Source: Phoronis australis (lineage: Eukaryota > Animalia > Phoronida). From it: 64,000 nucleotides of DNA. The stretch spans positions 209,698 through 273,697 of the forward strand of contig NMRA01000549.1 of NCBI GenBank assembly GCA_002633005.1, given 5' to 3'. Positions within the stretch are counted from its first letter, which is position 1. Each line of letters begins with the position of its first letter. A program made the position numbers and the translations under genes. The notes under the pieces were generated by a model. That model was given only the letters and a program-made list of their open reading frames with translations. It did not search any database and had not been told where the DNA came from. Shown here piece by piece: positions 58,491-64,000 of this stretch.

Positions 58491-61400
58491 ATGGATACTC
58501 CTCTGGGTAACTTCCTGTGGACTATAATTTAGAACAAAATGAGTGATATGCTCTGGTGAAACTACCCTCCTAGTGCACTAGTTGATTGGCCAACTTGTTG
58601 AGTCTGTTCTGCGTAAAGTGTGTTTGGCTTTGGCTTTGGCTCTTGGCAGTTAATCACAGCTCCCTTCAAGTATGAGTAAATAGTCATGTCCATTCAACTA
58701 GGTCACGTGTTCATAACTTTTACGCTGTTTTGTGTAACTTGCCCGACACTTTTTATGACATCATTGGCATTCTTGTGCTGCTGTGTTGTTTTACAAAGTA
58801 ATGCTATGTGTTGCTGACGGCTGTCTTGTTTTCTTGCTCTGTGTCCCAACCACAGACATGTACATAAGTCATGTTAGAGTATTGTGTCATAGTTGTCTGA
58901 AGTAGGCCCATTCAATGGAGTTACTTTAATACTTACCTGACAACTCCTGTTTGGCCTTGTCAGTGCGTAGGTGTTTGTGACTGTGTGTGTAACAATAGAA
59001 AAGATGGTTTAAAGCTTGATAGCAATTTTAGCAGTTACCCCAGTTATTTTGCACAACAACTATTGAGGAAAACAGTAAGAATTCACAAAACCTATGTGTA
59101 TTGAAGGCAAAATGTAAATATACTTAACTGATTGTGTTTCAAGTGTCCTGATTAAGGTCACTGTTGAATTGTTTGAGGTCTTTGGTTCTTGTATTGAGAT
59201 AAAGGCTCGTGTTAGGCACAACTAGAGATTGGAAAATAATCTCTTTTATTGAAAACTACACTTGACTGTCAGAGTTTCTCTAAAGACAGAATTTTCAAGG
59301 TTTTTCTGAACTAACTTAAACTCAAAAGATGTTTTTAATTGAGGAAAAAGACTAAGAGCTCATGTACTTATTCCTGGTGTAAGTCTGACCTGGGATCAGT
59401 ATCAGTCCTGCAGATCAGTCGCATTACCAAAAAGTGGTGTTGGCCTGAGCCACCCTATAAGTGAAAGATAACATGTTCGTTCTGGGATGATCATTCTATT
59501 TGGCTATGATGTATTTGCTTGATGTATGAAGTCTTTGCTAACACTTTTGTGGAGTGTTATTCTTGAAATCAAATAAAGAATTTGAAACTAAGTGGCCATT
59601 TTTAGTACAAAATCGCATCTAGTCGCACCACTTGCCATAGGCCACCAGAGATTCATACTTTTTCCCACTTTTTGGTGGTTTTCTTACTTTTCTTGAAATT
59701 CCTACTGTTCAACAACTTTTAACCCAGATTTGCCATGAGTAAATCTGTTGTATTAAATGATGAAATGTACAATTGTTATGAGTTCCAAAGCGAAACTCTA
59801 CCCCAAGGGTAGGCGTACTGTCCCTTACTTGAATCAAAACTCTAACCCTTTTAGGATAAAACACTCAAGACTAGGCGTTTTTGTCTCATTCTTAAGGCGA
59901 AAAGAGCACTCCTTTGGAGCATAAATAAAAATTAAAAGTTGATTCAAGTTGTGTGATTGCAGAGGGGACGCAGTGAGTACACCGTATCAATATAATTGAC
60001 ACTGAGAAACATATTACTGAGTACTAGAAATGATAAAATAGGGCATTAAATAAATTGGCACTCCTTAGCGTGACGTACCACACTCACTCCATTTTCCAAT
60101 TGTTTCTGAATCTGAATTCACAAGCAATGCACTACTTTCGATTTCGCAAAATTAGATTTGACCAACCCCAATAAACACTGAAGCGTTTTCTTATAAGTAG
60201 GTCAAGGTTACGATGTTCTTGGTAAGGAATACTACGAGAGCAATATTATATATGAGAGTAAAAGGATATTCCTTTTTAGTCAGCTTAGCTGGAAGAATTG
60301 CATCTTTATTTAATTGGCCTAAATCAAAAATTGTTTTCGACAGAAGTTCCGGATTAATTAGCCCTGAATTTTATGTCTAATTCCTCTCTGGGGAAAGTAC
60401 TTTTCTATGCACTGTGTCCCTTTTCAACTTTTGTCGAGTTACGTTGCGTGGGCATTCTGCTTGCTCTCGCCGGACATCTGGCTGTAGCGGATCTAGTCAC
60501 CCGACCAATCTGCTGTCTTGTTTTCCTTTTGCGGTTGTTGACAATATTTGTAAAGCACATGACTTATGTATTCAGACAAACAAGTACCCTTTGGCTAATG
60601 CTTGGTCGGTGCTGTAGTTGGGAAAAAGCAGCTTCCCTGGGATAAGACGCTTCGCCCTGAGTACTTTGCCCCCGTCCTCAAGCCTCAATTAAATATGCTA
60701 TGTCTCGTTAAAACCGTGAATGTTTAAATTTGTAGCAATCGCCACTGTGTGTACAAGAAAAATAAGGACAAGAAACAATTTGTAAATAAATTGCGGTTTT
60801 AAAGAAAACACCACTGTGAATACATAAAATTACCGTAGTATTTCTAAATATAACGCAATCGTTATTTGATAGTAAAATAAACAAATAATAACTGTGCCTT
60901 TTTCACTAGGGTAACGAAAAAATACTACCATACTCATTTACATAAAAATAGTCTCGCAAAACAAGACTTTCGCGAGATTGTAATGGTAACTGGTTTCAGG
61001 ATGGTTTCCGGCACACTGGCGGACCCGGGGTTGTTTGTAAATTAGCGCTTCATTTGCATATTCACAATCCAATGAGACTATGTATATTTAAGATCAAGAA
61101 ACAATGTAAATTTAATTTAAGTTGCTGGACCCGAGTTTGGCGAACAAAACGGATGAAATTAAAATTTAACTGATTATTTTATCATGCCTTGAATAATTCA
61201 CTTGCAAGGAAAACACGCATTTCTAAAGATTTGCGGGGATTTTTAACCGCTGCTTCTTCAGCCGTAGTCGGAGCAGCTGGCATCAGAATCAAAGCGAGCG
61301 TGGCGACGGAGTCGGACGTTGTTGTGATGACCGCCTTGTTTAGTGCGAGCACGTGTAATTACCCAGCCATAAACTGTAGTAAACGTATCTGCTTGTACAT

Positions 61401-61559
61401 ACTGGCGAATTTTCGAATTGCATAAACCAATAATTTTCATTAAAAATAAATATTACCGCAGTATTCAGCTGGAAAAACAACATAGCACGGTTTACAGCGT
61501 ATATATTAATACAGCTCCCTATTGACATTTAAAAATGAAATCACTAAAATTTCTAAGTG

Positions 61560-61985
61560 ATAGAGCATTGCAATCGTGATTTAAAACGTGACAACCATAC
61601 AACAGAAAACTATTTTTTCATGCCTATTACTAATTGAAAATGTAACCATGTATTATCGTTGGATTGCAGGTTGCGAAAGAGCTGTTCACGCTCAGAATTA
61701 TACACGGGGCATGAGAGCAAGTAGTGAGCATTACTATTAATTGAAGCAGAGGTATATTTATTAGAATAATTGGCAAAGTCATGATAGAACCTTTGTGAAT
61801 TGAGGTACAACCCGCTCGCAATTGGTTAATAAGAATTTCTTTTTTCACGCAATAAACAGTAGTAGAAAGAGGTTTGAGACTATTACCCTTAATAAATGAT
61901 TTAACACAATGATATTGATCTGCTATAGCTCTAATGGGAAACTATTCCATTAAAGCAAACCGACAATGATTGGAGTTTTCCTAAA
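61560..61985 (-). mobile_element. Degenerate 3' fragment of a LINE (CR1/L2-type ORF2 C-terminus)
   Basis: Frameshifted minus-strand peptides INQLRAGC..LNSQRF and HYLLSCPVYNSEREQLF resemble the RLR.G...LN ... HYLLxCPxY tail of non-LTR reverse transcriptase ORFs. Confidence 0.6.
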
Positions 61986-63735
61986 TTATTGCGGATATCG
62001 ACGTGAAATTACATATTCAGTAGTATGTACCCGCGCGGGGGAGGGGGGGGGGGTGTTCGGGGGCTCGGTTTTTCATTTTTTTTTTTAATCTATTTTTTTG
62101 CTGAATGGGTGTAACAATGAAGAACTCGTGCCCTAGCTCACATTAACTGACACGAAACTTTTGTAGTCTTGCGCGCATTACAGGCAAGCGCGTGGTTGAA
62201 TGCATTATATGCAGGGGCACCTTGGAGTGTAGGTTTGGGGACATTGGTGAAGGCCAAGGACATGATGGCCAGGCAATAATTGGTGACAACGATGGCGCCA
62301 GACAATCCATACGCAAACGCGCTCTTTTCGTATAGACACATATTGCTTTGAACTAAAACTTGAACTATTTCTGGATTGGTTTTTAGACTAGTACAACAGA
62401 GATATAATTATTGACAGCGTTTTGAGAAGAAAAATCACGGTAATATAAAATTAGGAAGCTATTAACCTGGTGTGCATGTCGTCGTTTCACTAGTGGCGCA
62501 GAATACTGAAAGTTGACTGAGTTACAACTGACATATAGGGCCCACCGGCTGTAACAGGGTCGACGCCAATTTTTGTGAAATGTCATTAAAATGTCCTTTG
62601 TTTCAGATATTTGAACCACCCCAGGCGCAAATCATGGCTACGGCGGACTGACGACCGCTTGATCTGCTGTTCGTGATCTCGGTCGGGAATACTTACCGTA
62701 CTACTGAGACAACTTGGCAAGCACGTTCACGTTCATAAAAATTTCCACCGCGCTAAATTAAATTACATTTGAATAAAATAATGTCAGTTTTAATCAACCG
62801 TTACCCTTTCAACTGTTGGTGATCTATTTCACCAAACAATAATGATTTAGCCATTCATCTATTCCTCATCGTCCGGTTCTGCGACATGGACACAAGTTAG
62901 GCTACGGTAAAGGAAAAAATGGGTGATCGCGAGGCCAATGATTACAAAATTCTTTTCGTTGAACAAAAAATTTCACATGATTGTCTTAAAGAATATTCAA
63001 TTCCAAGTTCTCTCATACGCGATCATGAGATTAAGGAAGTTTATAAGTTTACGCACAGCAGATCGACCTATACGGTGGAAGATCAACAGTTTAGTTGAAT
63101 CTTTGTGAAAGAATGCGCTAATAGGTAGCGCTAATAGAAGCAGCATAGGTAGCTGCTTACGGTTTTGTAAAAAGAAATTTAACTAGTTATTGTTCATTGT
63201 AATATTTTTTAAATCACATATATTATGTATTTTAATAACTTATTTTCCATATCACAGGTACTAAATGGATGTTGAATCACCCATAATCAGAATGTGCGTT
63301 TTAACCAATCAATTTCAAAAACATGCTTCGGTTCACAATGAAAAAGTCATGGGCACGACGGCGAAGACCGTGTTGTTATTCAGGCGAAAGTTGCATTCGT
63401 CTGCGGCTACTTGGTGCAGATGGGCAATAAAGAAAAAGGTTTGTAAATTACTGACTTATTTGGGCACTGGTCGGATATAGAGGTCCCTGATTTAGAGAAC
63501 CAGTTCATCCACTAAATAACGGGCCCGTTATTCAGTGATTGCCTGGTTAGAGTCGGGAACCGCTATGGCGCTATATCCGACCATTGGATTGCCCTTATTT
63601 GAACTGCTTACCAGTGTAGCGTTTTTAAGGAGCTCTGGTGGGATAATCACTCCCATCACACGCGCGCACCTAGTCTAAAAATTGGGGGGCTCGAATTTTT
63701 TAGAATGTGGACTTTTCTCGGGGTATGTTGAGAGC

Positions 63736-64000
63736 TAGGCAATGACCATCGCCTCTGTTGGCCCGAAGCAGAGGCGATGTAGAGGCTATAGGCGCTCTGT
63801 ACGCCGGAAGCTTTTCGGCGAATTATGCCTCGCACCGACTGAACCATCAAAGTCACGTTGTTACAAATACCTTTTGCGCATAGAGGAACACCTTAGGAGG
63901 TTGTCGATGTGTTTAATTCCTTCCAACTCGAACAAATACTCCCGTTATGAAACTTTTTCTTCGAGCAGTCCCTATTTCAGTTCCCAAAATCGTGAACTCA
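63736..64000 (+). mobile_element. Second copy of the 43005 element, truncated by the window end
   Basis: TAGGCAATGACCATCGCCTCTGTTGGCCCGAA..GTCCCTATTTCAGTTCCCAAAATCGTGAACTCA aligns to 43005-43268 with scattered substitutions. Confidence 0.9.

Noticed and set aside
62138-62750. Short ORFs and a minus-strand donor-like site (CG|GTAAGT) near 62693
   Set aside because: No recognisable protein and no partner exons could be linked.

Overview
AT-rich, intron-rich animal genomic DNA; the intron and repeat style suggests an invertebrate (inference, taxon not determined). Four spliced protein-coding genes can be assembled by hand with GT-AG junctions and consistent reading frames. These are MCM8 helicase (+, 5' end outside the window, 368-19802), mitochondrial ABC half-transporter ABCB10 (+, 24637-32692), a BTB-BACK-Kelch gene resembling KLHL26 (-, 38311-40541) and an FSIP1-like gene (+, 45246-58037). 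Introns and intergenic DNA carry MITE-like elements, tRNA-headed SINEs, LINE remnants and many minisatellites. The most striking pattern is that all four genes have intronic tandem arrays whose unit includes, or directly abuts, the neighbouring exon/intron junction, about ten cases of varying clarity. These arrays create strings of decoy splice sites. One MCM8 donor has seeded a ~1.45 kb satellite with a 30-bp unit. Exon coordinates and family assignments come from manual reading and recall of family motifs, not database searches.
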